64,000 nt of DNA from Malacoraja senta. Lineage: Eukaryota. Under the pieces are notes generated by a model. That model did not search any database and was not told the DNA's origin. It saw only the letters and a list, made by a program, of their open reading frames with translations. This document shows, in pieces, positions 36,421 through 48,857 of the stretch (position 1 is the first letter of the stretch; every line of letters starts with the position of its first letter). Position numbers and translations under genes: made by a program. The DNA is taken from the NCBI GenBank assembly GCA_038087875.1, contig JAXLNO010000182.1, positions 1 to 64,000 on the forward strand, read 5' to 3'.

Positions 36421-39110
36421 GTTGTATCATGTGTATGTGTATGTGAATCTGTGTTTGCATTGTTCCATCCCTACCCATTGTACATTAAGGCTAGACTCCC
36501 CTTGGGTCTCGAGACATTAGGGGCAGATAGGCTGCTCGGCCCACTGAACTTTTCAAAAGCCCAGCACACAGAGGAAGGCAGAGACATTTCCTTGAGAGAT
36601 TCAGCATGTCACCAAAAACTCAAAATGCGGAGTAACTCAGCAGGTCAGGCAGCACCTGTGGAGGAAATAGAAAGGTGATGTTTTGGATCGGGACCCTTCT
36701 TCATTCCCGACCAGAAGCATCACCCATCTATCCACTCAGTCTACAGATGCTGCCTCACCCACTGAGCTACTCCAGCACTTTGTGTTTTTCTCCAGGGTCC
36801 AGTATCTTTAGTTTCTTGTATCAAAATGTATATATATATATATATATGCCCTGTAGAAATATATATATATATATACCACAGTTCAGTTCAGTTTCACTGA
36901 GGTACAGGGAATCAGGATACAATAGATTACATCGTGGCCTGGCACGGCAATTTCAATACACAGGAACACAAGGCACTGCAGAGCGGTGGAATCAGCCCAG
37001 TCCATCATGGGCACAGCCCTGCCGTCCATGCAACACATCTAAAAAGATGCTACCATTGGGCAGGAGGTACAGGTGCCTGAAGTCCCACACTGGTAGATTC
37101 AGGAACAGCTACTTTCCTACAACCATCAGATTCTTGAACTGACCTAATCAGACCTCCACAATGGAACACGACAGACCATAAATGTGCTGCCATGGAGTTG
37201 TTTTTCAAATTGTGTTTTGCATTGATGCCTTGTTTTTTATGCAGTTGTTTGCTTTCCTTTAGCTGTCATGTAGAATTTATGTGTAGATTATCTTTGATAT
37301 ATGATTGTCTAAGTGATGCAAGCTATACCTCACCATTCTTGTGCATATGACAATAAATTCGACTCAATTCGACTTGATCATGGTTGATGTGATTGTAAGG
37401 CTAATTCCACATTCCTGCCTATGCCCATAACTTTTTACCCCTTTATTGAAGTGCCGTTGAGACTTTGCTTCCACTGTGTGGTGCAGCTGATCAAGCTGCT
37501 GCCTCATAGTATTAGAGACCTGGGTTTGATCCTGACCTTGGGTGCTGTCTGAGTGGAGTTTGTCGCATAGGTTTCCTCTCACATCCAAAGGTGTGCAGGT
37601 GTGTAGAATAATTGGCCTCTGTGAATTCCAGAGTGGTGCAGCAGTAGACTTTAGAGATGCAGTGTGGAAACTGGCCTTTTGGCCCACCGGGTTCAGCACC
37701 AGAGACCCGGTTTGATCGTGGCTACAGGTGCAGTCTGTAGGGAGTTTGTACGTTCTCCCTGTGACCGCGTGAGTTTTCTCCGGGTGCTTCAGTTTCCTCC
37801 CACATTCTAAAGACGGGCAGGTTTGCAAGTTAATTGGCTTCCATACATTTCGCTAGTGTGTCGGATATGAACCTGGGATATGAAGCGGTGACCGATGATC
37901 GGCATGGAGTATTGCAAGCAGTTCTGGTTGGCCCGATACAGAATGTGGAGGCTATGGAAAGGGTGCAGAAGGGGTTTACCAGAATGATATAATAAAAAGG
38001 AACTGCAGGTGCTTGTTTATGCCTAAGATAGACACAAGATGCTGGAGTAACTCAGCATCATGATGCTGCCTGACCCACTGAGTTACTGCAGCATTTTGTG
38101 TTTAACAAAATGATGCCTGGCTTAGGGGGGTTTTAGCAACAGGGAAAGGTTGAACAGTCTTGGATTTTTTTTCCTCTGGAATGCCAGAGGTTGCGAGGTG
38201 AACTGATTGAAGTAAATAAAATGATGGGAAGCATAGATAATGTTGACAGAACCTATTTCCCAGGTTGAGAAATACCAAATACTCGAGGGTATAGCTTTAA
38301 GGTGAGAGGGGCAAAGTTTAAAGGAGATGTGTGGAGCAAGTTTATACACATAGGTCATTGAGTGTCTGCAACACACTTGTTCATCAAAGCCCTGAAACCT
38401 AACCACCCCAGTTATGAATACAATTTCCATTGCAAAAACACTTCTAGCTGGCCCAATTATTTGCTGTGCCTGCATTTCAGCCTTTTGCAAACCATGTACA
38501 AGGAGAATCAACAATAGACACAAAGTGCTGGGGTCGTCAGCGGCTCAGCCGGCATCTCCGGAGAAAAAGGATGTGATGTTTCAGTTCGGAAACATTCTAA
38601 ACCAATATGTAGAGGAACCAACTAGAGGGCAGGCCATCCTGGACTGGATATTGTGTCATGAGGAAGGATTAGTTAGCAATCTTGTTGTGCAAAGCCTCTT
38701 GGGCAACAGTGACCATAATATGGTAGAATTCTGCATTAAGATCGAGAGTAACAGTTAATTCAGAGACAAGGTTCCTGAACTTAAGGAAAGGTAACTTTGA
38801 TGGTATGAGACAGGAATTGGCTGGGATAGACTGGCAAATGATACTTAAAGGGTTGACGGTGGATACGCAATGGCAAAGATTTAATAGATGGGTGAATTAC
38901 AACAATTGGTCATCCCTGTCTGGCGTAAAGATATAACAGGGAAGGCGGCTCAACCGTGGCTAACGAGGGAAATTAGGGATAGTGCTAAATCCAAGGAAGA
39001 GGCATATAAATTGACCAGAGGAAACAGCAAACTGGAGGACTGGGAGAAATTTAGAATTCAACAGAGGAGGACAAAGGGGTTGATTAAGAGTGGAAAAATA
39101 GAGCATGAAA

Positions 39111-40156
39111 TAGCAATGTTACAAAATTTTGACATTTTAAAAATCAAGCCTGCAATTTATACCATCAGATAAAGCATAAAAAGAAGTTTAATTTGACACC
39201 TAATTCACTTTCATATCTTCAGTATTAAAACAGTTATGGCCATTTTCATACTCGGAAATTAGCATATTGTTCCCTATTGCTTTTCCATTGACTTAACACA
39301 AAAGCTGTGACCGAGGACAGTCAAAAGCCCATAACTTTCTTAAAAATTAAGAGAACTTAATGAAATTTTCAGTTATTATAGATTGAAGCATTCTGAAACA
39401 AATATGAAACAATCTTACGCGGATGATCTGAAATTAAAGCATATAATTAGTTAGTTACCCAATTGTAGCTAATTACAAAATTCAATTACTAGATCTAAAT
39501 ATCTATCCATTTCTTAAGAAAATGTTAACATTTTTTTAAAAGGCTAAGTGTCCAAATAACATTCACACAAGAATTCACAATATAACATTATTTTTTAATC
39601 TCATTGTCATTAATTTATCGGCCAAATGGAAGGAATTTAGTGTTTAATTCCTGTAAATTAATGGGCATTTAAATCATCTTGCGAGTGGGATTTTGAGGAA
39701 CACGCTGGTTTGGAACGTTGCGGTTGCACTGAATTAAACCCCAATATCGGCAGCAAAGATACTGCCGGTTGGTATATTTACATAATCACATTTTCGCAAC
39801 TTGAAATTTTTATTAAAGGCATCCTAAGAAGCAAGTTTATATGAAAAAATAAACGGTGTACCTTGCCTTGTCCCGTGCGGGAAATCCGTTCCCGTTGTCG
39901 GCGTTGACGGCATTTGAAGATGATTTTAATTTTACTCCAACAATTTAATTATCCAGCGCTAATTTTAATAAACTTAATAAAACAGCAGTCGAAGCGATTT
40001 TTCTTTAGCAGCTAATTTACCTGACAGACATCGATTTGAATAGGCTGCCGAAAAATCGCATTTTAAACCCGCCCCCCTCTCAAAGGCGCCAAAGCCGCGC
40101 ACGCGGGCAGTGACAGAACTGCAGCGCCGCTGAAGGTAAGTTTTGTAACATACCTA
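39111..40156. mobile_element. ~1.05-kb non-autonomous DNA transposon, hAT-like, copy 2 (inverted relative to copy 1)
   Basis: TAGCAATGTTACAAAA ... TTTTGTAACATACCTA. Flanks GCATGAAA / G-ATGAAA form a degenerate 7-8-bp TSD, and the element interrupts the CR1 reading frame. Confidence 0.85.
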
Positions 40157-40384
40157 GATGAAAGAAAGCTTGCAGGGAATACAAAAACTGACTGTAAAAG
40201 CTTCTATAGATGTGTGAAGAGGAAAAGATTAGTGAAGACAAATGTAGGTCTCTTACAGTCAGAAACAGGTGAATTTATAATGGGAATCAAGGAAATGGCA
40301 GACCAGTTAAACAAGTACTTTGGTTCTGACTTCACTAGGGAAGACACAATCTCCCTGAAGTACATGGGGACCGAGGATCTATCG

Positions 40385-40777
40385 CAGGGGTCGGCAACCT
40401 TGTTCTGCATAGGAGCCGGGACGCATGTCTGTGAGCAGATGGCGGGCCATATCTATCACGTGTACACATGGATCCCGCCCCAGATGGCAGGCATCAAATC
40501 ACGTGTTCTCAGAAGGTAGACAAAAATGCTGGAGAAACTCAGCGGGTGAGACATGCAAGCATTTCTGTCTACCTTCGATTTTTCCAGCATCTGCAGTTCT
40601 TTATTAAACGGGTTCACAGAAGGTGTGCAGGATGCGGTACAGCCAGAGCTCGGCCGCGCTCGAGGCGTTGCTGCTCGGGGCGCTCGACGGGCCGGATGAT
40701 TACGGTGAAAAAAATCCGCCTGCGGGCCGGATGATTTCGGATTACGGGCCGCAATCGGCCTGGGTTGCCGACCTCTG
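40385..40777. mobile_element. hAT (Charlie-type) MITE
   Basis: TIRs CAGGGGTCGGCAACC / GGTTGCCGACCTCTG. 8-bp TSD ATCTATCG/ATCTAGCG. Contains a nested Penelope-repeat fold-back at ~40510-40600. Confidence 0.88.
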
Positions 40778-42599
40778 ATCTAGCGTGACGGAGGAACTGA
40801 AGGAAATTCACATTAGTCCTGAAATTCTGTTGGGTAAACTGTTAGGACTGAAGACAGATAAATCACCAAGGTCTGATGGTCTGCATCCCAGAGTACTCAA
40901 GGAGGTGGCCCTAGAAATCATGGATGCATTGGTGATCATTGTCCAATGTTCGACAGACTCTGCATCAGTTCCTGTGGACTGGTAGGTAGCTAACTTAAAT
41001 CAACTTTTTAAGAAAGGAGGGAGAGAAAACAGGGAATTATAGACCAGTTAGCCTGACCGTTAGTGGGGAAGATGCTTGAGTCGATTATTAAAGATGTAAT
41101 AGCAGCGCATTTGGAAAGCAATGACAGGTGACAGTAGAATGGATAAGGGAGAGCCAGTGGAAGTGGAGTATTTGGGCTTGAAAAAGCCTTTGACAGGTCC
41201 CACACAAGAGATTAGTGTGCAAAATTAGAGCACATGGTATTGGGAGTAGGGTGTTGACATGAATAGAGATCTGGTTGGCTGACAGGAAGCAAAGGGTTAT
41301 TTTCAGAATGGCAGGCAGTGACTAGTGGGGTGCCCCAAGGCTCAGTGCTGGGATCCCAGTTATGTACAATATATATTAACAATTTAGTCGAAGGAATTAA
41401 ATGTAACATCTCCAAGTTTGTGGATGACACAAAGCTGGATGGCAGTGTGAGCTGCGAGGAGGATGTTATGAGACTGCAGGGTGACTTGGATAGGTGAGTG
41501 GGTAGATGCATCCCTTGGATGGGTGAGTGGGCAGATGCAGTATATTGTGGATACATGTGAGGTTATCCACTTTGGTGGCAAGAATAAGAAGGCAGATGAT
41601 TATCTGAATGGTGTCAGATTAGAAAAAGGGGAGTTGCAACGAGACCTGCGTGTCCTAATACATTAGTTACTGAAAGTAAGCATGCAGGTACAGCAGGCAG
41701 TGAAGAAAGCTAATGGCATGTTGACCGTCATAACAAGAGGAGTTGAGCATAGGAGCAACGAGGTCCTACTGCAGTTGTACAGGGCCCTGATGAGAGCGCA
41801 ACTGGTCTGCTAATTTGAGGAAGGACATTCTTGCTATTGAGGGAGTGTGGATTAGGTTCACCAGGTTAATTCCCGGGATGGCAGGGTTAACATATGATGA
41901 AAGAATGGATCGACTGGGCTTATATTCATGGGAATTTCGAAGGATGAGAGGGGATCTGAAAGAAACATATTAAATGATTAAGGGATTGGACCGGCTAGAT
42001 GTAGGAAAAATGTTCCTGATATTGGGGGAGTCCAGAACCAGGGATCACAGTTTAAGTACAGAGTTGTGAATCTATGGAATTCTCTGCCACAGAAGGCAGT
42101 GGAGGCCAATTCACTTGATGTATTCAAGAGAGCTCTTAGGGCTAATGGAATCAAGGAATGTGGGGAGAAATCGGGAACAGGGTACTGATTCTGGATGATC
42201 AACCGTGATCATATTGAATGGCGAAGGGCCGAGTGGCCTACTCCTCCACCTATTTTCTATGTTTCTATATTCAGACCTGTAGCGTCACCTATCCTTTTTC
42301 TCCAGAGATGCTGCCCGACCCGCTGAGTTACTCCAGAACTGCAGATGCTGGTTTAAACCAAAGATAGACACAAAAACCTGGAGTAACTGAGCGGGTCAGA
42401 CAGCATCTCTGGAGAAAAGGAATAGGCAACGTTTCAGGTCGAGACCCTTCTTCAGGCCAGTCTGAAGGGTTTCGATTTGAAACGTCGCTATTCCTTTTCT
42501 CCAGAGATGTTGTCTGACCCGCTCTGTTACTCCAGCTTTTTGTGTCTATCCTGAAACATACTACCAGGGATGGTGGTGGAGGCAGCAGCAATAGTACAA

Positions 42600-43005
42600 C
42601 ATAGAAACATAGAAAATAGGACATTCGGCACTTCGAGCCAGCACCGCCATTCAATATATTCATGGCTGATCATCCAGAATCAGTACCATGTTCCTGCATT
42701 TTCCCTATATCCCTTAATTCTGTTAGTCCTAAGAGCTATATCTAACTCTCTCTTGAATACATTCTGTGAATTGGTCTCCACTGCCCTCTGTGGCAGATAA
42801 TTCCACAGATTCTCAACTCTCTGGGTGGAAAAACTTTTCCTCATCTCAGTCCTAAATGGCCTACCCCTTATTCTTAAACTGTGACCGCTGGTTCTGGACA
42901 CCCCCAACATCGGGAACATTTTTCCTGCATCTAGTGTGTCCAATCTCTTAATCATTTTATATGTTTCTATAAGATTCCCTCTCATCCTTCAACATTCCAG
43001 TGAAT
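42600..43005 (-). mobile_element. CR1 LINE 3' fragment
   Basis: ORF 42680..42985 MRGNLIETYKMIKRLD...FRTEMRKSFSTQRV. Confidence 0.88.
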
Positions 43006-43850
43006 ATAGTAGTACTTAAGAGAGTTTTCGATTGGCACATGGATATGCAGGGAATGGAGGGATATGGATCATGTGTAGGCAGTGGTGATTAGCTTATTTT
43101 GGTATAATGTTCAGCACAGACATTGTGGGTGAAAGGTCCTCCTCCTGTGCTGTTCTATTGGATGTTCTTGGGGTAGACACCGTAGCTTTAAGGTGAGAGG
43201 AGAGAAGTTTAAAGGAGATTTATGTGGCAAGTTGTAGATTTCAGTTTAGGTTTATTACTGTCACATGTACTGAAGTACAGTGAAAAGCTTTGTTTTCATG
43301 CTATCCATTCAAAGTAGGATAATACTACACATAAACACAACCAATCCACACTCAGCTACAATAGGTGGAGTGAAGGAAAAGATACAGAGTGCAGACTACA
43401 GTTTTCAACATTGTAGCGCAACAGTTTCAAAGACAAAGTCCAATGTCTGCAATGGGGGAGAGCAGAATCAGACTGTACTCTAGCTTATGGAAAGACGATT
43501 GAGAAGCCTAATACTAGATGGGAAGGAGCAGTTCCTGAGTATTGTGTAGTGGAATAGAGTTCTCTGAATATATTTGTTTACACAAGAGAGCAGTAGGTGC
43601 CTGGAGCGCACTGTCAGGGGAAGCGAGGGAACAAATAACAACAGCAACACGTAGGACACATTTCAAAAGGCACATAAACAGTTAGAGATTTGAGGAGATA
43701 TAGACGAGGTGAAGGAAGATGTACAGTTTAGATCCTCATCGGCACAGACACGGTGAACTGAAGGGCCTGTTGTTGGTTTACACTGAAGATAGACACAAAA
43801 TGCTGGAGTAACTCAGCGGAACAGGCAGCGTGTCTGGATAGAAGGAATGG

Positions 43851-43883
43851 GTGACGTTTCGGGTCGAGACCCTTCTTCAGACT
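43851..43883 (-). ncRNA. Minimal type I hammerhead ribozyme motif in a Penelope terminal repeat (best-preserved core)
   Basis: AGU-CUGAAGA-A-GGGUC-UC-GACCC-GAAAC-GUC-AC has an intact CUGANGA/GAAA core, a 5-bp stem II and a GUC triplet. Stem I is only 2 bp. Confidence 0.65.
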
Positions 43884-44023
43884 TTCAAGACCGGTTGCTG
43901 TGTTGTATTGTTCCAGCTTCTACGAATGGCTGAGCCGTGTAAGACTGGAGGTTTCAGAATTGTAGCCATGAGGGGGATGTGGATGGATACAGAAGGGCAC
44001 ATCACGTCATTTGGTATGCAAAC

Positions 44024-44029
44024 TTTATT
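44024..44029 (-). terminator. Probable polyadenylation signal of TRIM B
   Basis: AATAAA on the minus strand, ~415 nt past the stop codon, at the end of a non-repetitive 3' region. Confidence 0.5.
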
Positions 44030-44442
44030 TAACTTCATAAAAACCATTTAACAACTGATGTTAACAACCCGCCTTAACAACTCATCCCCCTCAAAACAAC
44101 AAAGTGCAAATATTTGTGTTCACAGCAATATTAAACTGGACCTTGGATCCACACGCTTGTTAACCCCGCGGTGAATGCTTTTTAAAGCAGTTATCACCGT
44201 ACAATAGTAGGCACAGGTGAAGTTGGTGGGGCATCTATCTACAAGCACCACACAGCGCCCAACGTTCTTATTCCACACTGTGAGGCAGTGGACCTACCAC
44301 CTGCGCCACTCTGCCGCCCTCATTACCTTTAATGCTTCAAACCAAGGGGCAAGAGTTAACCGGAAAAGCCTTGGGATTTATCCATCCCAGGTTGGAGCAG
44401 CTCCTTGGGAACAGCCCTGCGGACACCCTCCCAGGGTCAGTA

Positions 44443-44972
44443 TCAGGCCAGCCTGAGTGGGATGCTACTGCCTTTCTTCTTGTTGTGAGGGTTGAAGAGA
44501 GGGAAGAGGGTCTGGGTGAACTTGTGGTGCAGGGTGTAGAGGTGGCACAGGCTGTCGGCATCGTAGAACGACAGGTGCCCCATCTCGTAGTCCAGGTACA
44601 CGCGGACGGTTTGGGGCTTGTGTCGGAGGGGGAGGCTCCAGGGCCCCGGCCCTCCCAGGTTGACCAGGTTGCCGTTGACCATCTCCAGCACCCAGTAGCC
44701 ATCCTGCGGCACCAGTGGCCCGGTGATCAGCTGGTCGGCCAACTCGCTGGCCACCCCCAGCAAGCAGGCCTGGTTGCCCCCCAGCTCCACGTCCCAGTAG
44801 TGTCGCCCCGACTTGAAGCCGCTGCCGGCCAGCACACACAGCCAGTGGTTGAAGCGCTGGGGCGAGAGCGAGCACTCCCGCCGCTTCTCACCGTCCACCA
44901 CACTGCGCAGGTCCTCGGACAGGATCAGCCAGGGGTGAGCTGTCCTGGCGTCCAGCTTCAGAGACTCCCGGA
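44443..44972 (-). CDS. TRIM B exon 6 (PRY/SPRY, B30.2), 530 nt including TGA
   Basis: CCTTTCAG|TCCGG acceptor. Contains LDARTAHPWLILSEDL, PQRF, GRHYWDVEL, VRVYLDYEMGHLSFYD and FTQTLFPLF. Confidence 0.93.
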
Positions 44973-45194
44973 CTGAAAGGCATGAAACAGTCGGTCAGTG
45001 GAGATTGTTCCCCACTGTGGGGCTCACACTGTTGGCTTCATGGAAGGAAGCAGAGGGCGATGGCGGAAGGTTGCTTTTCGGGCTGGAGGCCCGTGACTAG
45101 TGGTGTGCCTCAGGGTTCGGTGCTGGGCCCATTGCTGCCTTGTCATCTCCATCAATAATGTTGATGAGAATGTGCAAGGCATGATTAGCAAGTG

Positions 45195-46255
45195 AAGATA
45201 GACACACAAAGTTGGAGTAACTCAGTGGGACAGGCAGTATGTCTGGAGAGAAGGTAGACACAAAATGCTGGAGTAACTCAGCAGGTGAGGCAGCATCTAT
45301 GAAGAGAAGGAATGGGTGACGTTTCGAGTCGAGACCCTTCTTCAGATTGATGGGGGTGGGGGGGGGGGGCGGGAAAAGATATAAAATGGGCGGAGACAAT
45401 AGGACAACTGGGAAGGGGGAGGGGATGGAGGGAGGAAGCAAAGGCTATCTGAAATTGGAGAAGTCAATGTTCATACCACTGGGGTGTAAACTGCCCAAGC
45501 GAAATATGAGGTGCTGTTCCTCCAATTTGCACTGGGCCTCACTCTGACAATGGAGGAGGCCCAGGACAGAAAGGTCAGATTGGGAATGGGAGGGGGGGTT
45601 AAAGTGCTGAGCCACCGGGAGATCAGCTTGGTGACGCCAGATTGAGCGGAGGTGTTCATCGAAACGATCGCCGAGCCTATGCTTGGTCTCGCCGATGTAG
45701 AGAAGATGACACCTGGAACAGCGGATACAGTAGATGAGGTTGGAGGAGTGGCAAGTGAACCTCAGCCTCACCTGGAAAGACTGATTGGGTTCTTGGATGG
45801 AGTCGAGAGGGGAGGTTAGGGGACAAGTGTTGCATCTCATGCGGTTGCAGGGGAAAGTACCTGGAGAGGATGTGGGAAGGGGCAAATTGACCAGGGAGTT
45901 ATGGAGGGAATGGTCTCTGCAGAAAGCAGAGGGGGTGGAGATGGGAAGATGTGTCCAGCAGTGGGATCCCGTTGGAGGTGTCGGAGGATTATATGTTGTA
46001 TGTGACGGCTGATGGGGTGGAAGGTGCGGACAAGGTTGATTCTGTCCTTGTTACGAATAGGGGGAGGGGGAGTAAGAGCGGAGCTGCGGGATATAGAGGA
46101 GACCCTAGTGAGAGCCTCATCTATAATGGAAGAGGGGAACCCCCGTTCCCTAAAGAATGAGGGCATCTCCGATGCCCCGGTATGGAACACCTCATCCTGG
46201 GCGCAGATGCGGCGTAAACAGAGGAATTGGGTGTAGGGGATAGAGTCTTTACAGT
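45195..46255 (-). mobile_element. Penelope-like retroelement 3' part (RT end + GIY-YIG endonuclease + terminal repeat with hammerhead motif at 45316-45347)
   Basis: ORF 45445..45885 reads CNRMRCNTC...FTCHSSNLIYCIRCSRCHLLYIGETKHRLGDRFDEHLRSI...HFN...GMN. Confidence 0.92.
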
Positions 46256-46766
46256 GAAGACTCCTGTATCATGAGCTATGACATGAAATATGAACACTCT
46301 GTTTCTCTGTCTAAATGCTGCTTGGCCTGCTGATTATTTCCATCATTTACTGTTTTATAGTTTGTAAGCCACGACAAAGCTTGATTGGTTCCCCATCCAC
46401 ATTGGACTTTACTGGATTTAACTAAACATTATTCACGTTATTCTCTTTATAATGTGTCTACACTGTGGATGGCTTGATTGTAATCACGTATTGTCTTTCC
46501 GTTGACTGGTTAGCACTAAAACAGATTGTCATTGTGCCTCGGTACACTTGACAATAAACTCAACTCAAACTCCCTTCATCATCAGTACAAAGTTGCTACA
46601 GTGGTCATGTTTCTGGAGTGGGATTTGCAACCTTCTAAGAGGCACGTGTGGTACCACTGAGTCATAGTGCAGTATAGCCCCCATGTAATGGATGTATGAG
46701 CAACACAACCCGAACCCTCGGTCTCCCTGCACCCCCCCCCCCCCACCTCTCACCAGGATCACGTAC

Positions 46767-46882
46767 CTGGCACAAGTGTTTTCAGCTCATCCCAGATTTT
46801 AACGTAACGGAAAGGTGTGATGATGGAGTCAGTGTGGAGGTCGGTGGGAAAGTCCGTTGGCGCGATGTATTCCTGTTTGCAT
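46767..46882 (-). CDS. TRIM B exon 5 (linker), 116 nt
   Basis: TGTTCCAG|ATGCAAA...GTGCCAG|GTACGT. Encodes CKQEYIAPTDFPTDLHTDSIITPFRYVKIWDELKTLVP; phases fit both neighbouring exons. Confidence 0.87.
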
Positions 46883-48834
46883 CTGGAACATTGGATTGGA
46901 AGCTTGTGCACGTGAAGGAAGCTTTGCAAAGGCGCAGATACCCACATTTCCCCAAACCCTTCTGTAATCTGAGCCCTGGAACCAGCAGTGGGCCATCTCT
47001 CTCTATGACTTCTCTCTCTCTATGTAACTTCAGGCAGCCTTGGGCTGCTTACTGTGCCCATTGAAAGTAAAACAAGAAAGGCTTTGAAATGCACCCTGCA
47101 GCCAACAATGTTATTGATATTGTAGACTGCAGTCATTTCCCAGTTCCCCTAGGAAGTCAAGCAGCCAAATTATTTAGAGTGAGGTCCCACCGCGTGTGAT
47201 AATGATGATGGCAAAGGAATAAATATTGGCCAAAACTGTGCCTTTCGATCTTACACATGGATAGACACAACAATGTTTAAATGAGCCATCAAGTGGAGTC
47301 ACACTCAGAGTATTGAGTGTAGAAGTTGGGAGGTCATGTTGCAGTTATACAAGATGTTGGTGAGGCCACATTAAGAGTATTGTGTTCAGTTTTGGACACC
47401 AAGTTGTTGGAAAGATGTTGTCAAGCCGGAAACGTGTGCAGAGAAGTTTTACCAGGATGTTGACAGGACTCAGGGGCCTCAGCTACAGGCAGAGGTTCAG
47501 CAGGCTAGGACTTGATTCCTTGGAGCGCAGGAGTATGAGGGATGATCATATAGAGGCGTAGATCAGGTAAAGGCACAGTCTCTTGCCCAGAGTTGGGGAA
47601 TTCAAGAACCAGAGGACATTGATTTAAGATGAGTAGGGGAAGATTTAATAGGAAACCGAGGGGTCACACAAAGGGTAACGTTTAAGGGTAAAGGCTATCT
47701 CAACGTTTAAGAAACACAGACAGATAGGATAGGTTTGGAGGGATATGGGTCAAGTACAGGCAGGTGGGACTAGTGTAAATGAGACATGTTGGTGGGTGTG
47801 GGCAGGTTGGGCTGAAGCGCCTGTTTCAATGCTGTATGAATCTATGACTTTACGACAAAAGAGACTGCAGCTGCTGGAATCCAGAGCATCTCCCACCCTT
47901 CTCCACCCCAGGCCCCACATTCCAAACCTGCCCCGTTCCCTTCAAACCACCATCCCTCCGCGTGGTTTTATATTTTGTGTCCCAGCTCATCAGATTCCAC
48001 CACCAACACCTTTTTATCTTCTCCACTTGTCACCTCCAGTATCAGTTACAATCTCTACCCTCTCTCCCTCATCTGCCAAACTACCCTTACCCACCTAGAT
48101 CCACCTGTCACCAGCTCCTCCCAAACCCTTCACCCTCACCTCTCTCTACCCGCTTTCTCCCCTCTACTCCATTAGGGCCCCAACCCAAAACATCTTGTGT
48201 CCATCTCCTTCCACGGATGCTGCGTGACCCACCAAGTTCCTGCAACACTTTATTTGTTGCTAATCCAGTGGAGTGCCTGGTATTCTGTGCTCATATCTCT
48301 GGGAACTCAAACTTGAAGCACCAAATTTTAAACAGAGCGGAGAACTATTAACCAGAGATGACTTTATGTAGAAACAAGGAACTGCAGATGCTGGTGTACA
48401 GAAAAGGACACAACGTGCTGGAGTAACTCAGCAGGTCGGGCAGTACCTCTGGAAAACATGGATAGGTGATGTTTTGGGTTGAGACTCTTCTTCCGGCATT
48501 TTTTGTTCTCTGGACATTTATCTTTCTGGCTGCTTTTTAAAAATAATTCTCTGGACCTTTATATTTCCAACAGCTCTTTAGATAACTTTACATGTGCTCC
48601 AGAGCCATGGTTCATGGGAAGTGAGCAGAAACGGCCGGGAGCCCTGCGCACTAAGTCCACTTCCCTACAAGTGTCTGCCCAACAGTAACTGGGACTGGGA
48701 CCTGCGATGGGACCAACTCACTCAGGGAAGAGTGAAGCAAAGAACTCCTGGGTCTCTCAGGGCTGTGAACTCCCTGCACAGCTACCAACGGTGAACTAAT
48801 CAGCCACATACAGAAAACCGTTGCAGCCACGTAC

Positions 48835-48857
48835 CTGTCCAACAACTGCTTGATGTC
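48835..48857 (-). CDS. TRIM B exon 4 (23-nt micro-exon)
   Basis: TTTTTAG|GACATCAAGCAGTTGTTGGACAG|GTACGT. Encodes DIKQLLD(R). Confidence 0.88.

Larger units (their letters stand above)
38592..42268 (+). mobile_element. CR1 LINE ORF2 (endonuclease end to 3' tail), degenerate, with nested DNA transposons
   Basis: PTRGQAILDWIL...LGNSDHNMVEF, KSPRSDGLHPRVLKE, RT motifs and TTCTATG tail. Confidence 0.9.

Noticed and set aside
44332..44976. 214-aa plus-strand ORF (also 34753..35217 and 63349..63774)
   Set aside because: These are antisense shadows of GC-rich TRIM exons with no recognisable domain.
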